DNA from: Microthyrium microscopicum
Lineage: Eukaryota
Direction of reading: 5' to 3'
DNA: 64,000 nt
Assembly: GCA_010405405.1 (NCBI GenBank)
Contig: MU004236.1
Span: 1,680,070-1,744,069, forward strand
The translations under genes were made by a program, and so were the position numbers. The notes beneath the pieces were generated by a model, which was not told the origin of the DNA, made no database searches, and was given only the letters and a program-made list of their open reading frames with translations. Of the stretch, positions 26,677-38,117 are shown one piece after another; position 1 is the first letter of the stretch, and every line of letters begins with the position of its first letter.

Positions 26677-27126
26677 GTAGCTACTTTGACGTGTCTCGGT
26701 TTCGCGATCTTTAAAGTGAAAACACCAAAATTGGCTTACTAAGCTAACCCCTTTTTCTTGTGTACTTCTCGTCTCTAAGAACTCGCCAGACATACACCCA
26801 CTGTTCACTTAAATTAGAGTTTTGTCTTGGTCTAACTCAGATCTTGACACACGCAAGATAAAGTTCAATCATTACCTTCAATGTTATGGCAAACTCCCTG
26901 TAAAATAAAGATGCTATAGGCTGGACAACAACGGCGCAATACAAAGCAACGTCTACTAGTAGCTTCATTATTACTATTGGTATCAACGGCAACACTTTCT
27001 CGTCTTGTATCTCAATTCATGGATCCACCAGTGCTCTATGTAAGTACGCTCAGGCTAAACATACATTATCTTGTTTTGACATTCACATTATCCTCTTTCC
27101 CCATCATTTTCCCAAGGTTGGCCGTC

Positions 27127-28440
27127 TCATGCTTTCAGCCTTCCATCCACACTTGGAACGCTACTACCATTGCTAGACATGAACAACCCTTTGCGATCTT
27201 CGGGAACTTTGCTTAGGAGAGTTTGAATGATATCATTTTCAACCTGCCGAATCATCCTCAACTTCATTGTCATGTCTTTCTGGGTTGCAATCTTTGTTGA
27301 GTTTTCAAGACCATGAACACTGGCCAGAACCTTCCCATGCGTTGCTGGTCGTTCAAATTTGTTCTGATGAAGACTGAGATACTCGTAGCAGAAGTAGCAA
27401 GCTCCCTTACTGCAACCGACGTATCTATCCTCGCCAAGGAACGTGTATCCTTTCCGACTGAAAAGGTCTGCAAGTTGCAGCTCTGCATGGACTCTACTTT
27501 TGTAGGTTCGATCTTGCTGCAACTTTGGCTTTATATTCATTTCAATATCCATGCGGACAAACCCGACCATGATTTTGTCAGTCATGGGTCGCCGCGAGTC
27601 TGTTCCGTACCCTTCAGTGCATATGTTCTTGACGATCTGATAGGGATCCAGCAATTCATCCGATAGGGTTATAGACTTGGTATGATCGGACTTTGAGAAT
27701 CTGACTGCCTCGACTTTTTTGATCTTCAGCATGGTCCGGAAGTTTGTCGCCACATGTGTCAGTTTCTTAACAGCATGAAGGTGAGCTCCAAGGCGGTAGA
27801 TGTAGTGCCACAGTTCCTTTCCTTTTTCACCCATAGCTTCGATGACAGCTTTCTTGCTTCGTAGTTCGTAGCAAAACCGGACAAGCTTAGTCCTTTTCTT
27901 GGTGTCTTTTAATCGTGTCAGATCAGATTGAATTGTCTGGGCCCCTATGATCAGGACGATTAGCTATGCTCTTCAGATTGACATGACCACAAACTAACCA
28001 TTGAACGTCGCAGGCCATAATTCGAGTGTGCTGGCGAGTCTCAGCTGGTAAAAATTTACTCTTTCTACCGCAATCTCCAGAGCGATACTCAGGAGTTTGG
28101 TCTCCACCTCTGCGACATTCTCCATTTTCACCTCACGAGCCATTTCTAGCAACTTCTCGGTGAACTTCTTTACTTCCGAGCGAATGCCTTCATTTGCTGC
28201 TAACCACAGAATGGTGTCCTCGTTATCTCGTTGAAGAGCTGTGGCAGTGACAGTGGCACCACCTTTGCGGATGTCGCATAGGTATGCTATACTATCAAGC
28301 ATGTCTCGTCGTGCTTCTTCGACAACATGCTTCTTTGGTCTTTCTTTGTGAAGACAGTTGGCCTTTATGATGGACAGAAGACGTAATTTGACCGCTAGGT
28401 CTACTTCTTGGTCCAGTGTCTTACTTTTGCTGACTTTCAT
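27127..28440 (-). CDS. OTT_1508-like nucleic acid/nucleotide deaminase domain protein, 2 exons
   Basis: LDSIAYLCD..KGGATVTATAL...LWLAANEG, VHAELQL and YVGCSKGACYFC (HxE...CxxC Zn motif); a GTTAGT..GCTAAT..TAG intron joins the two ORFs in frame. Confidence 0.85.
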
Positions 28441-28840
28441 GTTTTTCCGTGAATTGTAGGACTGTGATTTCAGGCCTCAGGAAGGACGAGGTCATGAAAC
28501 TTTTCAAAGCAACGAAAGACCATAAAGCAAAATTCAAAGAGCTGGGAAAACCACTCAGAACTCTTCTATATTGTGAGAATGCAAAGAGCGCAATGCCAGC
28601 GAAAGTAGGAGATTAGAGTGATTGATTTCCTATCTAAGGTTCGTGGGATTTCCGCCAGCTTCCAAAGTTCTCTCTTTGCGCGTTCTCACCGATCATCGAA
28701 GAACAGCTTTGTGTCACCAACAGAATTCCCTACCAACCTGCATATGCACCTCCTTGCATAAGGCCAATGTTTATCGTCTGAAAGAGCAATGTTGATACAT
28801 CACATCAACAACATGCATCTACCCATCGCAAGCCCATGCG

Positions 28841-30395
28841 ATGGCCCGAAGAATCACTTCAGTCAGCCAATTGGCACTCTTACCCACCCAAAAGATCCCA
28901 AGTACCAGCCAATGGCTTCCAGTCCATGAACCAAATGACAAAGAAGACACTGATTACTATCCTGTCAAACTCGAAGAGACTTTCAAGAATGGGAAATACA
29001 AAGTCATTCGCAAACTCAGCCAAGGACGGGATTCTACATGGTGGCTTGCTTCCGACAAAACCAGGTATGTAGAACGAGACCAAGGGTATGGTGTGACTGA
29101 CATATTACAGGAAATCAAAATATGTTGCCATCAAGATCCTTACAGTCACGGCATCTAAAACCATAGCGGAAGAACTTAGTGTCCTCGAGCATCTATCCCA
29201 CAAAGTCGTGCGCGGCGTGCATGGACGCAACGTTTTACTCTTAGTAACTCACTTCATACAAAAAGGACTCTCTGGAGATCATCAGTGTCTAGTATTCGAC
29301 CCCATAACAGAGAGTGTGGAAGAAGTCGAAGGACGCTTCCCAGATCCACAATCACCTATCCTGGCATATGAACAACTACCTCAAGTACGCTTCCCGCTGT
29401 CGATAAGCAAAGCAGTACTGGGCGAGACGTTACGAGGGCTCAGACATATCCATCGAAAGCAAGTCGTTCACGGCGATCTGCATTCGGGAAAGATTTTTCT
29501 CGTACCGAATGGACTAGAGACTTTCAAGGAGGATGCGATTCGAGCGCACGAAGAGAAATATATCATAAAGGCACGCACTGGAGAGGGCGAACAAGATATA
29601 TTAGTTGAGAACTCTCTTCATGAGTTTGTAAACTTCGATCGGCCTTTACATGCGAAAGTCGGCGGCTTTGGCTGCGGTATGTAATCCAGACATCCTCATA
29701 TTCTGGTCAGCTAATAGCTTTTAGCATATCAGTACGATAAACCTCGTTATTCAGAGACAGTCCGCCCAGACATTCGCGCCCCAGAAGTGATACTTGGAGA
29801 ACATTTCGACGACCCAACTCTCGAATGTAGCCGCGATATTTGGAGCTTTGGCTGCCTGATGTACGAAGTCCTGACAGGAGATCGACTCTTCTTCATCGAG
29901 TTTGAGGAATATCGACCAACTCCTGAAAACATGGACGATGCGTTTTTGATTGCTATGCATCGCACGATAGGTCCTTTACCAAATAACATTCTCAACCGCT
30001 GGTCTAGAACACATTTGTACTTCAACTCGGAGGGTGTCCTCATAGATTCGGAGACAGGAGAAGACGAGATGGCGGATATTGACTGGGAGCGCGCTGGCAA
30101 TGGTTACGATCCTGACGCTCTAGCGCAGGACTCACTCAGACATGCAGTGTCATTGGAGCATAGGTTTAGGAAGAATGCGCCAAGTGAACTGAAGGAGCCG
30201 GCTTTGAGCGATATTGTGACATTGCTACAACGGATCTTGGTCTATGATCCAAGTCTACGACCTACTGTTCAGCAATTGCAGGAGCATTACCTTCTGAGTG
30301 AGGCGCCATCGAAGTATGACCCTTGTAAGATATTGTTTGAGTCGCTAGAGTTTGACCAGTTCACGAGACGAGAAATAGGAAATACGGTGCAGTAG
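28841..30395 (+). CDS. SRPK/Sky1-like CMGC kinase-fold protein with degenerate catalytic motifs, 3 exons
   Basis: YYPVKL..KYKVIRKL, YVAIKIL, HGDLHSGK, VGGFG, RAPEVILG, DIWSFGCLMYEVLTG; introns ~29065-29110 and ~29677-29723. Confidence 0.8.
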
Positions 30396-30616
30396 AGCAC
30401 TTACAAGTTATAATGTAACATTATTCTTACACAGGTTGCAAATTCTGATGTCCCATAGTATGTATTATCCTTATGTTATCCCAGGCACGGAAAGTGGAAA
30501 GTACACTAAAGTTTGTCTCTACTGCTCAATCACCAGAGCAGTGCCAATACTATCATTACATTCATGATGAACAAGATTCAACGCCAACACCATTATGATG
30601 CAAAAATCTCTTCCTA

Positions 30617-31994
30617 TTATCGAGCTACCCCTCTAAATGCTGGATGTAAATCGCTTGGTGGTCGCTGCATGTAGACCGTACTCCGTGGTTGGGCTTCAGC
30701 CACGTAGCTCACGCCATCGTCACTATTTTCAATTAGCCTGACTGCTTACACGATTCAGTGAACTAAGACATACCTGAGGTAGCTTGGAGGTCGTGGTGCT
30801 CCGCTTGCTGTGGCTGTTGGAAGATTCGTTGAACTGCCGCCAGGGCGATCAACGCGCTGCCAGAACAGCAAACCCGGATCAACCTTCTGTAGTGGAGTTA
30901 GTTGTCGGGTTCGATATCTATTTTCTTATCCATTACTTACCACACTTGATCGCCAAACACCATAGGCTGGAGGCACTGGTTTGGCTGGAACGACCTTTTC
31001 ACGCATTTCTGGCTCAGCGAGTTCTTCGTCGTGTACCATATGTACGCGGATAGGCTCTGTGGGCATGAACCCGCCAGTTGGAGTGCCATTGACTCTTGCC
31101 CGCGCGCGTTGGAGACTGCGTTGCCGTTTTCGAGCAGTGCGCATGCGGATGAGAGAGTGGATGAGGAAGACAAGTGCTCCTGCGATGGTGATAGCGAAAA
31201 GAATGTGTAGTTCCTCTCCCAGTCCTTTGACAGACAGCACAATTGCCACGTCTGGATGATTGATTAGCAGCTGAGTTTTAACAGAGCGCGATAGTCTTAC
31301 ATGTGATGATGGTGGCTATTAGGAACAACCCAGATACGACTGAAGAGATGTAGATATTCTCTTCTCGCTGAGACTGGTGGTGTAGGGAATTAGTTCGGCG
31401 GCTGGATCCTGTACCGCGGCGATGCGGTCGAACCCATCCTTCCTGACGATGGTGGTGACGCCGCTTGTGCTTGCGGCGTCTTCTTCGTTCTCTATCAGGG
31501 CCTCCTGATGGTTCTGTGGCTTCTGTTGACTGGGTGGAGTCGGTAGTGCTTCCAACCAATGGCTCTCGACTCTGTTGAGGTCGCAGAAAAGCTGGCTCTG
31601 GGTCCAAGATTACTTCCGGTTGCCCTCTACCCCATCCGGTCGGTTGATTCGCAGGTGAGTACGGATAGGTTCGTCCCAGAGGCTCTGGGTTGGAATGCAA
31701 CGGGATATTGAGATTGTCATCATTTCCAGATCCAGATGGTCCATCTTCTCGTCTGCCAAAGAAGCCACCAAAGTTGATCTTGGGTGTTCCTGGTCCATTG
31801 GCATTTGCATTAGGATTATTATTTGGATTAGGACTCCGCGAGTACAGTGAACTAGCTGTGCTGAAATGGAAAGGATTTCGTAATGCTGAACGCATGCCTC
31901 CTTGGATAGTTGAGAGGCGGGCGAATCTCGAATTACGCTGTGAGCCAGCGTCTTCACGCATGGTGAAGTAGAGACCTGATTGTCCGGTATTCAT
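30617..31994 (-). CDS. Fungal hypothetical two-TM membrane protein, 4 exons
   Basis: Three canonical introns link two hydrophobic segments to PPAYGVWRSSV-KVDPGLLFWQRV...RPPSYLSDDGVSYVAEAQPRST. Confidence 0.75.
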
Positions 31995-32927
31995 TCTGAA
32001 TTGAATATGTTAACAAGAAGTTCCCGACTTCTGGGGTATAAGAAAAAGACTATGAGCAAGAAACGAAGGAAGCCGGTCCGTAATTTAATTCAGGGACAAG
32101 GAAAGGAAGGATATAAGAGATATCAACAAGCGCGTTCAAGGACTCACACTTTTTCTATTAACGCGTCTACTAGTGTAGTTCTAGATGTTGTCTCCTCAGA
32201 CTTTGGCACGAACTGTTGTTCGAGACCATTTGCCGGCAACCGATACACACGAGTAGCACAGAATAACCAGTCGTGTGGGCTCCCAGGGAGTTAGTCTGCG
32301 GCTTCTTGCATATCAGAAGGATCCTGTAGAAGCGAGTGAACGCCTTTACAAAGGCAGGTTAGTGCAAAGAGACAAGGAGGAAAGATATGAAAATATTAAA
32401 GTCCAGCAACAAGACTGGCTACTTCACGACGGGGAGAATGCAGTTCAAAAGTATGCAAAGTAGGGGGAAGCACATGGATGACTGGGAGTTGGGGAGCATA
32501 TCAGCCAACCAGGCAAAGGGTTGTAAATGGCAGCGAAACAGCCCAGACCACCAGGGATAAACCGCAAAACCTAAAGGGCATTTTGACAGACAGAACGGAT
32601 TATCGGGTCGCGTTTGACGGGTGCATGAAGGGGAGAAGGAGTGGTAGAGGAGTGGTGCGAACGCGGTCAAGGCGAAGGAGAGTTGAGACACTTGAAACAA
32701 CAAGTGCCGCAGAACGCCCTCGCCAGAAACGTGTTTGCAAACCAATCAATCCTCTATTACTATTACTTCTTTGTGATAGGAGACTTTGGCCTGCTATTTG
32801 GAAATGGTTGGCATTATTTCATTATTTTTTATTGGCTTGCTTTTCTGCCTATAGCTTTTTCCCAGCTGTTGACCGGCTAACTGGTCCAAAAGCCTCTTGA
32901 TTTGAGCCAGCTACTAGTACTTATCTA

Positions 32928-33581
32928 CATGGCCGGGCCTAAGGGGAGGGCGTTCACGGATTATTCACGGCCTAGACACGAATTTAATTAATTGACATAT
33001 GTCAAGTTTGGGTTGGGTGTATACACGGTGACAGATTCTGTCACCGTGTCAGCGTGTCAGCGTATCAGAGCCGTGGCAGCAAGATCTGTAAATCTTTTGA
33101 TTAGTCAAAAATGCTAAGTCAGCAGCCAAAAAAATCTCAAAAAAAGAACTCAGCCAATTTTGGCTAAGCTTCATTTCTATTGGCTTGGAATTATTAATTT
33201 ATTATTTTCACTACTACTGCAGGAATTGAACGGGTATTATGGCTAGAAAAGGACTAGATTACGACTTAGGCTACGCTACATACGGCTAGGCTATTACGTC
33301 ATCATGCATAAAATTACGGCTTAGTTTCTACAAGGATAATACGAGATCTAAAAATATATTTACTAATAAACTGAATATATACTACACGACCCTTGTCTAT
33401 TACTACTTGCTCCCTTAACTCCAATAGCTCCTAGATTTATTATTATTCTTTCTTACCCTCACCCTAAATAATCATCAGCCAATAAGAATATTCTACCTTG
33501 CTCCTAGTCTATGACAGCTCCGTGACAGCGCCGTGGCAGCGTGTCAAGAGCGTGTTTACTACTCCCCTAGGCACGGCTATG
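32928..33581. mobile_element. Non-autonomous DNA transposon (MITE-like) with ~20-bp imperfect TIRs, TA flanks and RIP-like interior
   Basis: Left end TA|CATGGCCGGGCCTAAGGGGAG; right end reverse complement TA|CATAGCCGTGCCTAGGGGAG. Subterminal CCGTG/GTGACAG/CGTGTCA repeats; AT- and TpA-rich interior; no ORF. Confidence 0.8.
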
Positions 33582-33814
33582 TATACCGAAAATCACTGGT
33601 CATTATCAACAGTTGACCCTCAAGACTGATACCATTCTCTGCTCAGGGCAGTAGAACATCTGTATTCTTCGGGTCCATGTTGTCGCACAGTGGTGCTGAG
33701 CGATGTAGATCGATATGAATGACGTCTCTAGATACTCTTGTGTCAAAACAATATCAAACTGTCAAACGGCCTGTTCGTCTGTCTCTCCTAGTCAAATCAA
33801 ACAAGAAATTTGTT

Positions 33815-35149
33815 TCACCGTCCTAATTCGCCAAGCATCACCATCCTATCCGATGACCCTGAAACAACTGGTACCATTAATGTTAGTGCGAGGAATCCCA
33901 TCGTTTTGGAGCTGTCAAAACTTACCAACTTGATCATCAATAGGAGAAAATTGAACATCGTTGACTGCGCCTTTGTGTCCTGGTAGTTTGAATAACAGCT
34001 TTCCGCTGTTTGTATCCCACACGGTCACGCTATGGTCGCCACTGCCAGCAATGATCTTTTGGCCTTTAGCATCCCAATTGGCCTTGAGTAAGTTCTTTTC
34101 CATTCCAGTTGGAGCTCCATCATAAGTCTTCAACTTTCTATCCACCGGCGCAAATGGCCGAATATCCCAAGTCCGAACCGTCGAATCGTGCGAGTTGGAC
34201 AAAAGCGTCTGCGAGTCTGGAGAAACCCTGAGCGAAGTGATCGTATCGTGATGACCAATAAGCGAGTATGCCACACTCTTTTTGCGGATATCCCAAACTC
34301 GAATGTCGTTATCAATTCCTCCAGAATATAGTTCGTTTCCAGCCTCTGACAGGGCCACGGCAGTAACCGGAAAGTCTGTTTCGATAAAGTCAATTGCTTC
34401 TTTTTGACGTGAGTCCCAAAGCTAGAAACTGACGTTAGCAAACACGTTTCATAGCACTGTTCGAAATCTTACCCCAATGTAGCCATCGTCGGAACCACTA
34501 ACGAGAACTTCCTCTCCTCGTTTGCTGACGTCCATTGTATTGATAACCTCTTCATGCCCTGTGTGTCGCCGTATCCGCACACCTGTTTCTAGGTCCCAAC
34601 TCGCGAGCATCATGTCTGCAGATGCGGAGAATAGCACTCGAGAGTCGCGTGACCAGTGTAGATCTAAGATGGCTCCTTTGTGGCCGCCGAGGCTTCCGTA
34701 GTTTGCGCAATCATCTTGCGCCCGCCATAACACTAGTCCTATCAGTGCGCTTGTCCTCGCTCAAACAGTTAACGACGTACGTATAGTTCTATCCATAGAC
34801 CCCGAGGCAATGAACTGCCCAGTATGATCGAATCGAGTCGCAAATACTTCTCCCGAATGTCCTGAAAAGTATCAGCATTGTCCAAGCTTCAAAGAATAGC
34901 TGTTACACACCAACAAGTTCCATGACAGGCGATTGTAATCCACTTGCTCGCGCTCCCTATAAAATTTTAATCATACTTCTCACTTCATGTGCGGCGCATG
35001 CTACATACCGACTGAATGAGCGCACCACTCTGCGTATTACCGCCTCTAACAGCAATCGCTCGAGTATTCATGTTCGTATCTGATTTCTGGCGCTTCACTA
35101 CCTGGCCGGAGCTCAGGGAGTTCGACGCGGCTCGTTTTTCGGCGGACAT
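33815..35149 (-). CDS. SNRNP40: U5 snRNP 40-kDa WD40 protein (Spf38/Cwf17), multi-exon
   Basis: ARASGLQSPVMEL, GHSGEVFATRFD, GHKGAILDLHWSRDS, GGIDNDIRVWDIRK, TVRTWDIRPFAP, KLPGHKGAVNDV, MLGELGR*. Confidence 0.92.
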
Positions 35150-35833
35150 CGTGAGAAGGACCGGTGGGTTGTTGCGCGATAGAATGGGAAGCCGAGTTCG
35201 ATACCTATATTATGATAGAGCGCTGTCAATCGGTTGCAAATCAGAACGGCGGGAAGTTGAATATCTGGTTTAATGGGGGCCTGGAGTTACAATTTTTGTG
35301 AGCATCAAAATGTTAAAGCATTTGAGAGGCACAAAAGTGCAGTCACGCTAGCTTGATATAGACTAGCGTCAAATCGAAATCATATAAAGAGCTCAACTTC
35401 TTCTTCTTCTTCCCATACATATATCCGTAGTCATTGCACTTTCTTGTCAGGCATCATTTGATGATCTTGGTAATATAGTGTTCATATCAGTCATTCAGAT
35501 TGCTACATTCATGCTTTTCAGCAGCAACATGGGTCTCATATCGATCCTGTAGCCAGTCGCTCTGCTTCATCAAAGTATCTCAGTCTCCTTCCGCACTTCG
35601 AATCCAGCCAGCGCAATCATTCCAAACAATTATACAACCGGCTTCATAGCTTGTTTACGCTGTGTATCATGGGCATTAGCCTCGATGCCATTCCAGTGCT
35701 GGTGTGAACTCTTCAATCTTTGTACTCGAATCCAAGGGAGAAGAGTCTTTTGCTGAATGCGCTTATCCAACAAAGGTTCATCGGAATACTTCATGCTTGC
35801 TCGGACCTTATTGACTTCTTCCTTTCAGCGATG

Positions 35834-36676
35834 TCAATCCGAGTCAGATTCCTCCTTGACCCGTCCTCGATGCTTATGTTTAGGTTCCTTCTCCCCAACC
35901 TTCGCAAGATGCGCTTTCACCGCATCTGATCGCGCAACAAGGGTCTGCGGCAGTGCTTCATGCCAAGTAGTCTCAAAAGCCCATCGGCGCCAAAACCGCT
36001 TCCACTCCTTCTCAGTCGGAACAGTTTTGTACCATTTACTAACCGCATACTTTGCATTCGCCTCGCTAGGCTTGACGTTCTTGTCAAACTTCTTCCGGGA
36101 CTTCTTGAGGGGCTTGAACCAAGTGCCACTCTTGAGCAACTCTGCGACAGCGAAAATGTTGCGGATGCGTTGCTTTTCTTGCGCATTACGCACTCTCCAG
36201 TTTGGTAGTTCAAAGAGCTGGGCATTGTTATTAGGGACTCCGGCAGTTTTCTCCTCGTAAAGCGCTGGACATTCCCATGGTGGGGGCAGTCCGCATTCTT
36301 CGAACCAGGTGATGTATTTGTCGTCAGATTCTTTGCGATCCTTCCATGACCAATCGGGGTGCTCTTCGGCTAGGCCGATATCGTGCTTTACGCTCAGTTT
36401 GGGCGAGCCATTTAAATCCAGGTATAGGCATTCGCCTCTCAGTTCAGGAAGTGGATGGTTGTCGTTAATCACTGCGACAACAATATGATTTTCGAGGTGC
36501 TTGGAAAGCTCAGGCCGCCATGGATGAGAGCTGCTGTCTTGTCAGTTCATCTTCCATGAATGGTTTATGCTTTGCTACCTTGATGGCTTCTTAATCGGTA
36601 ATGCAACAACGGTGGGCTTTTTGTTCGGTGATGCAACACTGGATTCATCACTGAATGTTGAATGGTGCGGCGGCAT
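35834..36676 (-). CDS. Hypothetical Trp/Lys-rich protein, probably 2 exons
   Basis: 212-aa ORF extends to ATG 36676 through an intron with a weak donor (GTAGCA..ACTGAC..CAG); no recognised domain. Confidence 0.5.
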
Positions 36677-38117
36677 CTTGAAGAGGTTTAAGTAGTAGTG
36701 ACATCAAGATGGTGAAGAGTCATGGGTATTCGAGGGTCCAACACGGCCTGAGGTATGTAGTGGGGTAAGAGGGACGAGCGTGTTGGATAATTGACTTTCT
36801 CAAGACCTTTCAACATTCATCAACAATGAACATTAAATATTGACGAAACACGTGACAAGGCTGAGAGAAAGGCTGACTTTTTGGCGGGTACCTGCAACTA
36901 CCTGCGTGTTGTCAGTGGAAGATTAAAGAGTGTTGACGGCGATGCTGTAGGTCAGCCTATCCAGGTTGCTATCGGGTACTCTAGCCAACGAAATTTGGAA
37001 CATGATGTGTCCAATGAGCGTATCTTGCGAGCTTTCGCTATACAAAGGTGTACATTGGTCGAAGTGAGGTAACAAAGATAGATGTTATGTAGCACCCAAG
37101 CTTGTCTACCTACCTAGGTACTAACAGGTATGGTGTGTATTTTGTGGATTGCATACCTAGTAAGTACACTTCATGGTCTAAAGGGACTATTTGCCCTGGA
37201 ACGTGTTCCGAGCATTATGATTTTGGCAATGTTCAACTGTGCCCAGGGTGTGTTATGGCAACTACCATGTGTCAAATATTCAGGCCTCATATGTGAGCTG
37301 GGAAATATCGCGAGTGCCTTTTTGAGATTTCGGTGGCTACACCATGTCTGTAAGGATTTGCCAGTCCTTGGTAGCGACAGTAGATGTAATATTAGTAATA
37401 CTTGGTGTTTCTGACGGTATACCAAGTATCAAAAACTGGCTAAAATATGAATGTAATTTTTTTCGGTCTCGCCGGCTGAACCTTTACCACTTCCTGGGGA
37501 CCTGCAGATTGACATCCACCCGGCCACCGTCACAGCAGAAATCCTGGCTTCCTGTTCCACAGCCCTAGCAAAGGTTGCGTGGGTGTTTACGAGGAATATA
37601 CCTACAGATTCCATGTCCGTAACAGGGCGACTCGGCCACACAGAATTCAGCCAACATCCGAACGTGGACAGAATCAGGCCTCTCACCGACTATCAAAATC
37701 ATCTACCTTACCTTATCCAGTCTGAAAGCTGAGGTCGATGTCTCCCAATGGCTTTCCTGTGTTTCTTTTCACGCCATGTGCCCCACCATTAGATGTACGA
37801 AGTAAGATGAGGCGGCAGCATTCCTTCCTTCGCATTGGCAAAGCGCTGTCATATAATTCGCCAGAGCTTCTCTAGGTGGTCAGACTATGCGGTATTCCTG
37901 CATGCAGGAAAGCCGCAGGTGCATGAGCTGTGAGCTAGACCACGAAGCGTCAGCTCAAAAGATTGTCTGATCTTTGCAATGTCTGATATTTGAAGTGGCC
38001 TCAAAGCGCAGTGCCTCAGCCTTCACCGTTTATCTCTGCCTATATATGTGAAAGTAGTCCTTTGTAGTATCATTTTGGCTCTTTGACAATCCATTTCTTT
38101 GCGATTCAGTACACAAC

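Noticed and set aside
36881..37690. Short Cys-rich ORFs with an intron-like TACTAACAG upstream of ppo
   Set aside because: No coherent spliced frame could be built; at most a relic.
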